Assembly (NCBI GenBank): GCA_934177555.1
Contig: CAKPPL010000002.1
Location: 1-32,926 of the forward strand
Length of the DNA: 32,926 nt
Reading direction: 5' to 3'
Source: an uncultured Clostridia bacterium
Lineage (GTDB): Bacteria; Bacillota; Clostridia; TANB77; CAG-508
Part shown: positions 8,344 through 16,604 of the stretch, piece by piece
How positions within the stretch are numbered: the first letter of the stretch is position 1
Layout of the letters: each line of letters starts with the position of its first letter
Position numbers and translations under genes: made by a program
The notes under the pieces: model-generated
The model's database searches: none
What the model saw: the letters and a program-made list of their open reading frames with translations, nothing else
What the model was told of the DNA's origin: nothing

Positions 8344-9720
8344 CTATAGTTTTTGACAAATTTCAAAAAATTTCATACCATTTGATGCTTTTACTAAAAC
8401 TACATCTCCTTCTCTTAAAATTTCTTGAAGTTTTGAAACTATTTCTTGGTTATTATTCATAAAAAATGTCTGTATATTCTTATTTTCTTTACAACCTTTA
8501 ATAATATTTTTTGAATTTTCACCTGAACATATTAAAATATCGATATCACTTTTTGCTACTTCTTTTCCAACTTTTAAATGTAATTCTTCTGAATAATTTC
8601 CCAATTCAAACATGTCTCCTAATACTGCAATTTTTCTTATTCCAGTATGATTCTTCAAATATTCTATACTCGCTTTCATTGATTCATAACTAGCATTATA
8701 ACTATCATTTATAAGTATAGCTCCATTTGCTAATTTTTTAATATCCATTCTTTTCTTTGTTAACTCAAATTCTGCTATTCCTTTTTTTATCTTATCATCT
8801 GATATCCCTAATATTTTTCCAACTTCCATAGCACTTAATGAATTATATACAAAATGTACTCCCCCAACAGGAACTGTTACACTAATTTGTTCATTTTTTG
8901 TCTTTGCTATAAATTCACTTTTTTCTTCTTGTAACTTTATTTCTATTGCATTTATATCACTATCATTTTGTATACCATATGTATATATTTCTTCTGTATT
9001 TTTATTTTTTTCATACCATTCATGTAATAAATCATTATCATTATTTATTATAATTTTATGCTTTTTCATTCCTTCTAATATTTCTAATTTTGCTTTTAAT
9101 ATATTTTCTCTAGAACCTAGTATTCCTATGTGTGAAGTACCTATATTAGTTATTACTGCTAATGTTGGTTTTGCAATACTTGTTAATAAACTTATTTCTC
9201 CAAAATGATTCATTCCCATTTCTATAACCATTGCTTCATGATCTTTCAATTTCAGTATTGTTAATGGTAATCCAATATTATTATTATTATTTCCTTCAGT
9301 TTTTAATGTTTTATATTTTTGACTTACAACACTTGCTATAATATCTTTGGTACTCGTTTTGCCTACACTCCCTGTTATTGCTATTACTGGAATATCATAC
9401 ATATCTCTTTTATATCTTGCTATTGAATATAGCATTTCTAAAGTATTAGGTACTTCTACTATTGTTTTTTCCTTATATATTTTTTTATCTTCATCTGTTA
9501 TTTGTATATTTTCCACTATTACAGCTTCTGCACCATTTTCTAATGCTTGTTTCCAAAATTTATTTCCATCAAATGTTTCTCCTTTTATTCCAATATATAT
9601 ATCTCCTTTTTTTATTGTTCTTGTGTCTTTTGAAAATTCATTACAAATTAATTCAGCATTACCGTTAATTAACTTTCCATTTGATAATCTTACTATATCT
9701 TTAATTTTTATATCATTCAT
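8344..9720 (-). CDS. murF: UDP-N-acetylmuramoyl-tripeptide--D-alanyl-D-alanine ligase
   Basis: 458 aa with the Mur-ligase P-loop ITGSVGKTSTKD. The N-terminal KDTRTIKKGDIYIGIKGETFDGNKF is typical of MurF. Confidence 0.85.
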   Translation of the reverse strand: MNDIKIKDIVRLSNGKLINGNAELICNEFSKDTRTIKKGDIYIGIKGETFDGNKFWKQALENGAEAVIVENIQITDEDKKIYKEKTIVEVPNTLEMLYSIARYKRDMYDIPVIAITGSVGKTSTKDIIASVVSQKYKTLKTEGNNNNNIGLPLTILKLKDHEAMVIEMGMNHFGEISLLTSIAKPTLAVITNIGTSHIGILGSRENILKAKLEILEGMKKHKIIINNDNDLLHEWYEKNKNTEEIYTYGIQNDSDINAIEIKLQEEKSEFIAKTKNEQISVTVPVGGVHFVYNSLSAMEVGKILGISDDKIKKGIAEFELTKKRMDIKKLANGAILINDSYNASYESMKASIEYLKNHTGIRKIAVLGDMFELGNYSEELHLKVGKEVAKSDIDILICSGENSKNIIKGCKENKNIQTFFMNNNQEIVSKLQEILREGDVVLVKASNGMKFFEICQKL

Positions 9721-9752
9721 TTTTTATCTTTCCTTTCTGAGAAATTTTTTAT

Positions 9753-9781
9753 ATTATATTATTTTTTTATCGTTATTGCAA
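9753..9781 (-). promoter_or_regulatory. sigmaA-type promoter for murF (TTGCAA-17 nt-TATAAT)
   Basis: On the minus strand: TTGCAA (9781-9776), a 17-nt spacer, TATAAT (9758-9753). It sits about 30 nt upstream of the murF ATG. Confidence 0.55.
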
Positions 9782-9789
9782 TAAAATAA

Positions 9790-9825
9790 ATTTAAAAATA
9801 TCAGTAACAAAATCGTTACTGATAT
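9790..9825 (-). terminator. Rho-independent terminator after the 887-aa membrane protein gene
   Basis: ATATCAGTAAC-AAAATC-GTTACTGATAT, an 11-bp stem at 9798-9825, followed on the minus strand by TTTTTAAATTT. Confidence 0.7.
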
Positions 9826-9883
9826 TAAACTATTGATTTTCTATTGATTTATTTGCAATTTTTCAATTTTTATTTTTACAATT

Positions 9884-12547
9884 CTATCCTTTATACTTAA
9901 TTTTACTATATAAGTCTAATTTTTCCATTGTTGTATTTTTTATTTTTCCAATATTAGATGTTAAATTTTGCAATTCCATATTTTTTTGTTTCTCTATATT
10001 AATTTTTGATATTTCTTTTGTTTTTCTATTTTGGGGTAAATTTGATACATTTACTTTTTCAATTCTTCGACCATATTCCTTCTCTATTTTATCTACTCTA
10101 TCTTGCATATTAGAAACTATTTTACTTTGATTTACTAGTGTATCACTCCATTCTTCTCTCTTTTTATTAGTCAATTTTCGTGTATCTTGCCCTATTTTTT
10201 CTCCCATATACATAAGCTCTATTGCTTGTTTTGTATCTTGTACAACATTTTGTTTTTTTAGTTTTTCTCCTATAATCATATCATTTATATTTTTTACTCC
10301 TTGTTGTAAATATTCGTCCAATGTATCACTATAAAATTTCTCTATTTCTTTTTTATCCCATCCCAATTTTTGTTCTAATAAAGTTCTATTATCTAAATTA
10401 TGTTTAATTGAAATGTTTAATTGTTGCTCTTCATATTCAGAATAATCTTCTCCATATCCTCCTTTAATATATGCATCTTTTAAATCTTCTGAACTATTAC
10501 TATTAACTATATTAGCTCCTCCTCTATATCCAACAGCTCCAATCATTCCTGCATTCGCAAGAGTTTTTTCAAAACTTTCTCCTGCTACTGCAGATACTAG
10601 TGTTGCAGATGTAGCTGCAGCCATACCTCCAATCACTCCTCCTGCTAATCTTGCACCACTTCTTGCTAAATTCATATTTTGAGCTTTTTTTGCTAAGTTC
10701 ATTCCCTTTGATTTAACATAATGTCTCGTTGACGCCTTCAATGCTTTTCTAACATTAAATTTTATCTTTTTATTTTTTTTCTTATTATTTTTTCTTAAAT
10801 TTTCTGTATTTATCGTTCTATTCACTTGAGGCTCTAAATTTAATCGTGTTTCATCTTTTGGTCCATCAATATTATCTTTTGCTGAAATTGTATTTCTATC
10901 AGAAGTAATATCTTGATCTTTTAATTCATTTGTATACATTTCATCTGTATTTTGTTCTCTTATTTGTGAATTTGGCATTTCATTTTCTAGAATTTTATTA
11001 TTTGGTGAATTATGTACTTGTTCTGGATGCCCTCCAAATACCTTTTTTATACCTGCCATAGCAAGACCTGTTCCTAATACTCCTCCTAAAACTCCTGGTG
11101 TTGATGCCTTTTCAAACCCAAACATTTTTCTTAATATTTTTTCAGCCTGACATATAAATCCCATTACTATTATTACATATATTGGATTATTACTTGCTAA
11201 TTGCATTGCTGAACCTACAAATATCATATATAATAACATATGAAATGGCTGTATTGCTAAATTAAATAGAAATTCTTTTAGCCAAGTATTAAATCCCTGT
11301 GCTTGTCCGTCATTTAATTTATCTATAGAATATGTCAATACTACCAATGGTGCTATTAATATTAAAAAAGCAATATATACAACTCTTTTCAAATATATAA
11401 CTGCAAAAACTACAGTATATAATGTTGTCATTATATATATAATTTGCCATCCTATTGAAGAATATCTTTGGTTTCCTTCATCATCTAATAATTGCATTCT
11501 TATTCTTGCTTGACTTGTAAAATTATCAACTGGAAAATTAACTGTTTTTTGCCCCTCATCATCTATTGTTAAAAAATTACTTCCACCTGATGTATCAATA
11601 CTTTTATGTGTAATCTTACTTTTTATCAATGTATATGCTTCTTCAAAAAAATTCTGCTTATTTTCTTTGTCAATAAGATTATTTTTTACATAGTCATATA
11701 CTTTATCATCTTGTATTTCTTCATATTCTACACCATCAGAACTAAAATCTCTTAATAGTGCTGTGAAATTTTCTACAATTTGTATAGAAAATATCATAAT
11801 ATAATGAATTACAAATAATAATACAAATGAAACTAACCAATCATATAACATTTCTTTATATTTTGCTTTATCATTTGATATACTAGTAAAAAGTATTCTT
11901 ATCCCTAAATATAATAATATTATCATAAATAAAACCATAACTATATTTCTTAAAATATAATACCATTTACTTATTGTCTCATGTAATTGTTGTGCTATAT
12001 TACTCCCTTCATTTTCCGTACTTTCATTATTACCTTCAAAGAAATTAACATCAAACAATTCTATTTTATTTGAAATAATATTTTCCGGTGCAAGAGATAT
12101 AAACGGTAAATAAAATGTATCTGGCAACATATTTGATGTTATAGTGCTTACAGCAAAATACATTATTACTGCATTTTTTATTGACAAAACTGCTGTATTA
12201 ACTCCAAGTATAACAACAGTAACAGTTGCAGCCCCTACTCCTACTGCAAAAAATACTGCTAATCCTATGGATATTGCTATAAATGCTGCTGCACATATTA
12301 CTCCCAATACTTTTGATATTATTTCACCTGTCCTATTAATGTTTACTATAGCATCAGCATCTGTTGAAAACATTATTTTTTGTCCTAAATCTATAACACC
12401 ATCACATAATGCAACAAATACGTCCATTATAGGCTCTAGTAATTTTCCTCCTATAGCAGCTACATCTACTGCTCCATATGAAAAATTTGGAAATAATATA
12501 ATAAAAACAACTATTACAATTAAAACTATAACTTTATTTATTTTCAT
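9884..12547 (-). CDS. Large polytopic membrane protein (887 aa) with a long hydrophilic C-terminal half. Architecture resembles Gram-positive VirB6-like (ConG/TcpH-class) proteins, but the family is unconfirmed.
   Basis: Signal-peptide-like N-terminus (MKINKVIVLIVIVVFIILFPNFSYGA). At least 8 hydrophobic helices in the first ~500 aa, with a ~110-aa loop between them. A Gly-rich patch (GVLGGVLGTGLAMAG), then ~380 charged/coiled residues with one more G/A-rich hydrophobic patch. It has its own SD and terminator. The VirB6-like label is architectural inference only. Confidence 0.45.
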   Translation of the reverse strand: MKINKVIVLIVIVVFIILFPNFSYGAVDVAAIGGKLLEPIMDVFVALCDGVIDLGQKIMFSTDADAIVNINRTGEIISKVLGVICAAAFIAISIGLAVFFAVGVGAATVTVVILGVNTAVLSIKNAVIMYFAVSTITSNMLPDTFYLPFISLAPENIISNKIELFDVNFFEGNNESTENEGSNIAQQLHETISKWYYILRNIVMVLFMIILLYLGIRILFTSISNDKAKYKEMLYDWLVSFVLLFVIHYIMIFSIQIVENFTALLRDFSSDGVEYEEIQDDKVYDYVKNNLIDKENKQNFFEEAYTLIKSKITHKSIDTSGGSNFLTIDDEGQKTVNFPVDNFTSQARIRMQLLDDEGNQRYSSIGWQIIYIMTTLYTVVFAVIYLKRVVYIAFLILIAPLVVLTYSIDKLNDGQAQGFNTWLKEFLFNLAIQPFHMLLYMIFVGSAMQLASNNPIYVIIVMGFICQAEKILRKMFGFEKASTPGVLGGVLGTGLAMAGIKKVFGGHPEQVHNSPNNKILENEMPNSQIREQNTDEMYTNELKDQDITSDRNTISAKDNIDGPKDETRLNLEPQVNRTINTENLRKNNKKKNKKIKFNVRKALKASTRHYVKSKGMNLAKKAQNMNLARSGARLAGGVIGGMAAATSATLVSAVAGESFEKTLANAGMIGAVGYRGGANIVNSNSSEDLKDAYIKGGYGEDYSEYEEQQLNISIKHNLDNRTLLEQKLGWDKKEIEKFYSDTLDEYLQQGVKNINDMIIGEKLKKQNVVQDTKQAIELMYMGEKIGQDTRKLTNKKREEWSDTLVNQSKIVSNMQDRVDKIEKEYGRRIEKVNVSNLPQNRKTKEISKINIEKQKNMELQNLTSNIGKIKNTTMEKLDLYSKIKYKG

Positions 12548-12754
12548 TTTTCAAACTTCCTCTTTCATTTTATATGCTTTCATTAATTGTATTAATTAAA
12601 GATATTTAATTTTTTTATATCACTTTATTTAAACACATTTTTTAAAAAAATATATTCAAATACTATTGATAAAAATTTACAAATATCTTAAATTTATGTT
12701 GTTTTAATGGTATATTGCAAAATATAAAGTATCATTAATTAATACAATTAATGA

Positions 12755-12790
12755 TAAAAAATAGAGTTAATATATACAAATTAACTCTAT
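12755..12790 (-). terminator. Rho-independent terminator after ypeB
   Basis: ATAGAGTTAA-10 nt loop-TTAACTCTAT at 12761-12790, starting 9 nt after the ypeB stop and followed on the minus strand by a T5 run. Confidence 0.65.
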
Positions 12791-12798
12791 TTTTAGTT

Positions 12799-14127
12799 TT
12801 ATTCTGTTAAAACACCATTAGGTGTATTTGTAATAATCAAAATATCCTGTTCTTCGCCATTCTCAGCATTAACATATACAATAAAATCAATATCTTCTAT
12901 TTTACCTTTAAATTCATAGCAAAACACCTCTGTATTCCATTCCGTAGGAATTATGGCTAAACCTTCACTTGTAACATTTACTTTATCACTCAAATTTTTT
13001 CTAGCCTCTTCACTTGTAATTTTATTTGTTGGTATATTTCTATCATAATGACTATTCAAATATCCAGTACTTTCTAACCCTATTATTTCTCCATTATCTA
13101 ATGCTATTTTTAATTTTATTAAATCAGAATAAATTGTAACATTATTCTGGTTATATGCGTAATTCACTGTTATAAATCCATTTTCTTTTAAATAATAAGT
13201 TTGTTTCATATTATTAAAACCTTTACTATTTAAAAAATCTATGCCTTTTTGTATAGCTTCATCTTCACTTATTTTTTCTTCTCCAACATCTCTGTTATAA
13301 TTAAAATATACTATATGTCCACCTTTTCTAGAAATAGATATTCCTATATTTTTTTCTTCATTTGTTGTTACTTCAAATCTATATACAGGAATTTCTCCAT
13401 TTTCTACATATCCATTATTTTTTATATTTTTTATTTTTTCACTTCCGATAAATTCCTCTATCATATTTTTGGCAGTTTCTTCATCAATATCTTCACCTGT
13501 TAATCCTTTTTTTTCATTACTCGTCATATGTTCTGAAAAAGCTCCATCATATATTAATCCAGTATATTCATGAAAATTTTCCTCAACGACATTAAATGTC
13601 CTTGCTTCTGCTATATCAGTATTATTATTTTTTATTAGATTTTGCCAACTTAATTCTCCTGAATTCAATTCTTCAGACATTTCATTTAATGCATTTGATA
13701 AATCATTACTATAATTATATAATTCTTTTATTTTTGAAATTTCTTCATCTGTTATTTCTTTTCCTTCTATATTTTTCCTTGATAATGAATAACTATATTC
13801 ACTTACTTGATTTAAAAATTTTTGCGTATTTTCTAATTCTTGGCTTTCTACTGGTAGCATTCCCAAATATGATTGTGCTAAATTAGATTCTCTCCATACA
13901 TGAGTTAATATTTCAGCACCATGTTCAGCAGATTTTGATATCATTGCTTTAGCAAGATATGTTTTTACATTTTGTACATAATCCACAACCTCATAAAAAG
14001 CTTTGTTGTAATCATTTGTCTTTATTGTTGAATACTCCTTTTTTTGATTATTTAAATTAAATACAAGTATTCCTATAATTATTAATAATATTAAAGTTAC
14101 AACTATCCAAATTCTGTTTTTATTCAT
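12799..14127 (-). CDS. ypeB: Germination protein YpeB (membrane-anchored, PepSY-domain)
   Basis: 442 aa with an N-terminal TM helix. The conserved N-terminal region (YNKAFYEVVDYVQNV...THVWRESNLAQSYLGMLP...TQKFLNQVSEYSYSLS) parallels B. subtilis YpeB. C-terminal PepSY-like repeats are present. Confidence 0.8.
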   Translation of the reverse strand: MNKNRIWIVVTLILLIIIGILVFNLNNQKKEYSTIKTNDYNKAFYEVVDYVQNVKTYLAKAMISKSAEHGAEILTHVWRESNLAQSYLGMLPVESQELENTQKFLNQVSEYSYSLSRKNIEGKEITDEEISKIKELYNYSNDLSNALNEMSEELNSGELSWQNLIKNNNTDIAEARTFNVVEENFHEYTGLIYDGAFSEHMTSNEKKGLTGEDIDEETAKNMIEEFIGSEKIKNIKNNGYVENGEIPVYRFEVTTNEEKNIGISISRKGGHIVYFNYNRDVGEEKISEDEAIQKGIDFLNSKGFNNMKQTYYLKENGFITVNYAYNQNNVTIYSDLIKLKIALDNGEIIGLESTGYLNSHYDRNIPTNKITSEEARKNLSDKVNVTSEGLAIIPTEWNTEVFCYEFKGKIEDIDFIVYVNAENGEEQDILIITNTPNGVLTE

Positions 14128-14244
14128 TCTTTCTCTTTCCTTTCATAGTTTATTTATATTTTGGATTTTTTTTCAAAAAATATACAATATATTCATTTTT
14201 TATGATAAAATGTAAAAAATCATATATTTGAAAGGAAAAATACT

Positions 14245-15375
14245 ATGAAAAAAGTAATGATATTTTATGCTTCATATGGTGGTGGTCATTTATCTGCTGC
14301 ACGTTCTATAAAAGAAAATATAGAAGCAAATTATAAAGATATAGATATAAAATTAGTAGATTGTATGGAATATGTAAATAAATTTGTAAATAAAGTTACA
14401 ACAAAAGCTTACTCAGAAATGGCAAAAAAAGTTCCAAATACTTGGGGAAAAGTATATTGGGATTCTCAAAAAGGTCCTCTTGCCCATATCAGTACAACAT
14501 CTAATAAATTATTATCAAAAAAACTAAATAATTTATTAATAGATTTTCAACCAGATTTAATAATATCTACACATCCATTTGGTTCTCAAATGTGTGCATA
14601 TTTGAAAAAATTAGGAAAATCAAATGCAAAACTTGCCACTGTTATGACAGATTATGCACCACATGATCAATGGCTTGTTTTTAATGAATATGTTGATTAT
14701 TATTTTGTCTCTCATGAAGGAATGAAAAAACAATTACATGAAAAAGGTATACCAAATGAGAAAATATTTGCCACTGGTATACCACTTTCCAATAAGTTCT
14801 TATTAAAATATGATAAAGCACAAATCTTAAGCAATTTTGGATTATCTCCAGATAGAAAAACAGTGTTATTCTTTGGTGGTGGAGAATTTGGATTAGGAAA
14901 AACTCAAACATTTAAAATTTTTAAATCATTTGTTGAAAACAATAATAATATTCAAATTGTTGCTATTTCTGGAAAAAATCCAAAAATGAAAGAAAATTTT
15001 GAACATTTAGTATCAGATTTAAATAAACAAGACTTTGTAAAAATTCTAGAATATACTGATAAAGTACCTCAATTAATGAGTATTTCCGATTTAGTAGTTA
15101 CAAAACCTGGTGGACTTACAACAACAGAAAGTCTTGCATCTGGCTTGCCTATAGTTGTTATTAATCCAATTCCAGGTCAAGAAGAAGAAAATGCATCTTA
15201 TCTTGAAAAAAATAAAGTTGCTATTTGGATAAGAAAAAATGATGACATTGAACAAATTTTAAATGATTTATTTTCCAATCCATCAAAAATGAAAGAAATG
15301 AAAATTCGAGCAAGAATTCTTTCTAAAAAGAATTCTACAAAAGATATATGTAAAATTTTATTAGATATGCCATAA
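14245..15375 (+). CDS. ugtP: Diacylglycerol glycosyltransferase (MGDG synthase/UgtP family, GT28)
   Basis: 376 aa. N-terminal YGGGH motif, TDYAPH, and C-terminal TKPGGLTTTESLASGLPIVVINPIPGQEEENA, which aligns closely with B. subtilis UgtP. Confidence 0.75.
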   Translation: MKKVMIFYASYGGGHLSAARSIKENIEANYKDIDIKLVDCMEYVNKFVNKVTTKAYSEMAKKVPNTWGKVYWDSQKGPLAHISTTSNKLLSKKLNNLLIDFQPDLIISTHPFGSQMCAYLKKLGKSNAKLATVMTDYAPHDQWLVFNEYVDYYFVSHEGMKKQLHEKGIPNEKIFATGIPLSNKFLLKYDKAQILSNFGLSPDRKTVLFFGGGEFGLGKTQTFKIFKSFVENNNNIQIVAISGKNPKMKENFEHLVSDLNKQDFVKILEYTDKVPQLMSISDLVVTKPGGLTTTESLASGLPIVVINPIPGQEEENASYLEKNKVAIWIRKNDDIEQILNDLFSNPSKMKEMKIRARILSKKNSTKDICKILLDMP

Positions 15376-15391
15376 GTAATATTCTTATGGC
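15369..15391 (+). terminator. Hairpin terminator overlapping the ugtP-like stop codon
   Basis: GCCATAAG-TAATATT-CTTATGGC followed by ACTTTTATATTT. Confidence 0.55.
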
Positions 15392-15442
15392 ACTTTTATA
15401 TTTCAAATATCATATATTAATTTTGAGAGGTGTGTTGTATTT

Positions 15443-15595
15443 ATGGATAATAATAATTGTTGTAATTATAATTTAGTTGCTCTTTCTAGTACTTTGTCTA
15501 TTCTTATTAGTGAACAATTTAATAAAGAAGATTTAGTAATTCTATCTACGTTTTTTTCAACTCTTGGAGATAATCTAGCTCTTTTATCTATATAA
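15443..15595 (+). CDS. Unannotated small protein (50 aa): MDNNNCCNYNLVALSSTLSILISEQFNKEDLVILSTFFSTLGDNLALLSI
   Basis: ATG preceded by GAGAGGTG. The ORF sits exactly between two hairpin terminators (15369-15391 and 15601-15627), so it looks like a self-contained unit. It falls below the length cutoff of the ORF track. Confidence 0.5.
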   Translation: MDNNNCCNYNLVALSSTLSILISEQFNKEDLVILSTFFSTLGDNLALLSI

Positions 15596-15600
15596 TAAAA

Positions 15601-15627
15601 AATTATGTAGTAAAATCCTACATAATT
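15601..15627. terminator. Bidirectional terminator between the small ORF (+) and recR (-)
   Basis: AATTATGTAG-TAAAATC-CTACATAATT, a 10-bp stem with T-runs on both sides. It abuts the recR stop codon. Confidence 0.65.
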
Positions 15628-16227
15628 TTATATTTCTCTTCTACCCTCTAATGCTTTTGTTAAAGTAACTTCATCCGTATATTCTAAATCTCCACCAACA
15701 GGAATTCCATGAGCAATTCTTGTAACTTTAACACCTAATGGTTTTATTAATTTTGATAAATACATTGCTGTTGCTTCTCCTTCAACTCGAGGATTAGTAG
15801 CTAGTATTACTTCTTTAACATGACCATCCATAAGTCTTGCAAGTAATTCCTTTATTTTTATATCATCTGGACCTATCCCATTCATAGGAGAAATTGAACC
15901 ATGTAAAACATGGTATACTCCTTTAAATTCATGTGTTCTTTCCATTGCAATAATATCTTTTACATCTTCCACAACACATATTATTTCTTGATCTCTTTTG
16001 GGATTTCCACAAATTGTACATGGATCAGTGTCTGAAATATTATAACATTTACTACAATATTTTAAGTTCTTTTTTGCATTTGATATAGCATTTATAAATT
16101 CATTCGTTTCTTCTTCTGATGAATTTAGAATATAAAATGCTAATCTAGCTGCAGTCTTATTTCCTATGCTAGGTAATTTTTCAAATGCTTCTATTAGTTT
16201 TTCTATTGATGGCGAATAATATGACAT
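15628..16227 (-). CDS. recR: Recombination protein RecR
   Basis: 199 aa. N-terminal HhH ([17 protein letters not shown]), a Cys4 zinc finger (CSKCYN...CTIC) and a Toprim domain. Sits in the conserved dnaX-ybaB-recR order. Confidence 0.95.
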   Translation of the reverse strand: MSYYSPSIEKLIEAFEKLPSIGNKTAARLAFYILNSSEEETNEFINAISNAKKNLKYCSKCYNISDTDPCTICGNPKRDQEIICVVEDVKDIIAMERTHEFKGVYHVLHGSISPMNGIGPDDIKIKELLARLMDGHVKEVILATNPRVEGEATAMYLSKLIKPLGVKVTRIAHGIPVGGDLEYTDEVTLTKALEGRREI

Positions 16228-16243
16228 TTTTATCTCCTTTGTA

Positions 16244-16588
16244 TTACATTAAGCCTGGTATATTATATTTTCCCATAGATGCAGCTTGTGCATCATCAAC
16301 TTGTTTAAATGCTTGATTTAAACAAGTAATTATTAAATCTTGTAACATTTCTATATCTTCTGGATCTACAATTTCTTTTTGTAATTTTAATTCTTTGATT
16401 TCTTTTTGCCCTGTTACTTTTACTGTAACAGCTCCTCCTCCAGCTGATGCTTCAAATTCTTTTGCTGCAAGTTCTGTTTGAGATTTTTCTAAATCAGCTT
16501 GCATTTTTTTGGCTTCCTTCATTAAACTATTTATATTCATTCCACCAAATCCTCCCATTCCTCCTGGGAAACCTCCTCTTTTTGACAT
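16244..16588 (-). CDS. ybaB: Nucleoid-associated protein YbaB/EbfC
   Basis: 114 aa with the typical [13 protein letters not shown]...[11 protein letters not shown]...[12 protein letters not shown] pattern, located between dnaX and recR. Confidence 0.9.
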   Translation of the reverse strand: MSKRGGFPGGMGGFGGMNINSLMKEAKKMQADLEKSQTELAAKEFEASAGGGAVTVKVTGQKEIKELKLQKEIVDPEDIEMLQDLIITCLNQAFKQVDDAQAASMGKYNIPGLM

Positions 16589-16604
16589 TTATTTTTCCTC
16601 CTTT

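Noticed and set aside
12548-12760. Candidate promoter TTGCAA-17-ATAAAT and an ATCATTAATT-AATAC-AATTAATGAT palindrome upstream of the 887-aa gene
   Set aside because: The -10 matches the consensus at only 4 of 6 positions, and the palindrome is pure A/T. Such matches are expected by chance in a 250-bp AT-rich spacer, so I did not list them as features.
4433-12800. Interpreting the whole T4CP-to-887-aa-protein region as an intact integrative conjugative element
   Set aside because: The window shows no integrase/recombinase, relaxase, VirB4-type ATPase, cell-wall hydrolase, replication gene or flanking direct repeats. The interval contains murF and a J-protein with their own housekeeping-type promoter. 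The only tRNA gene (20538-20613) is 8 kb away and is flanked by core genes, with nothing suggesting an island junction.
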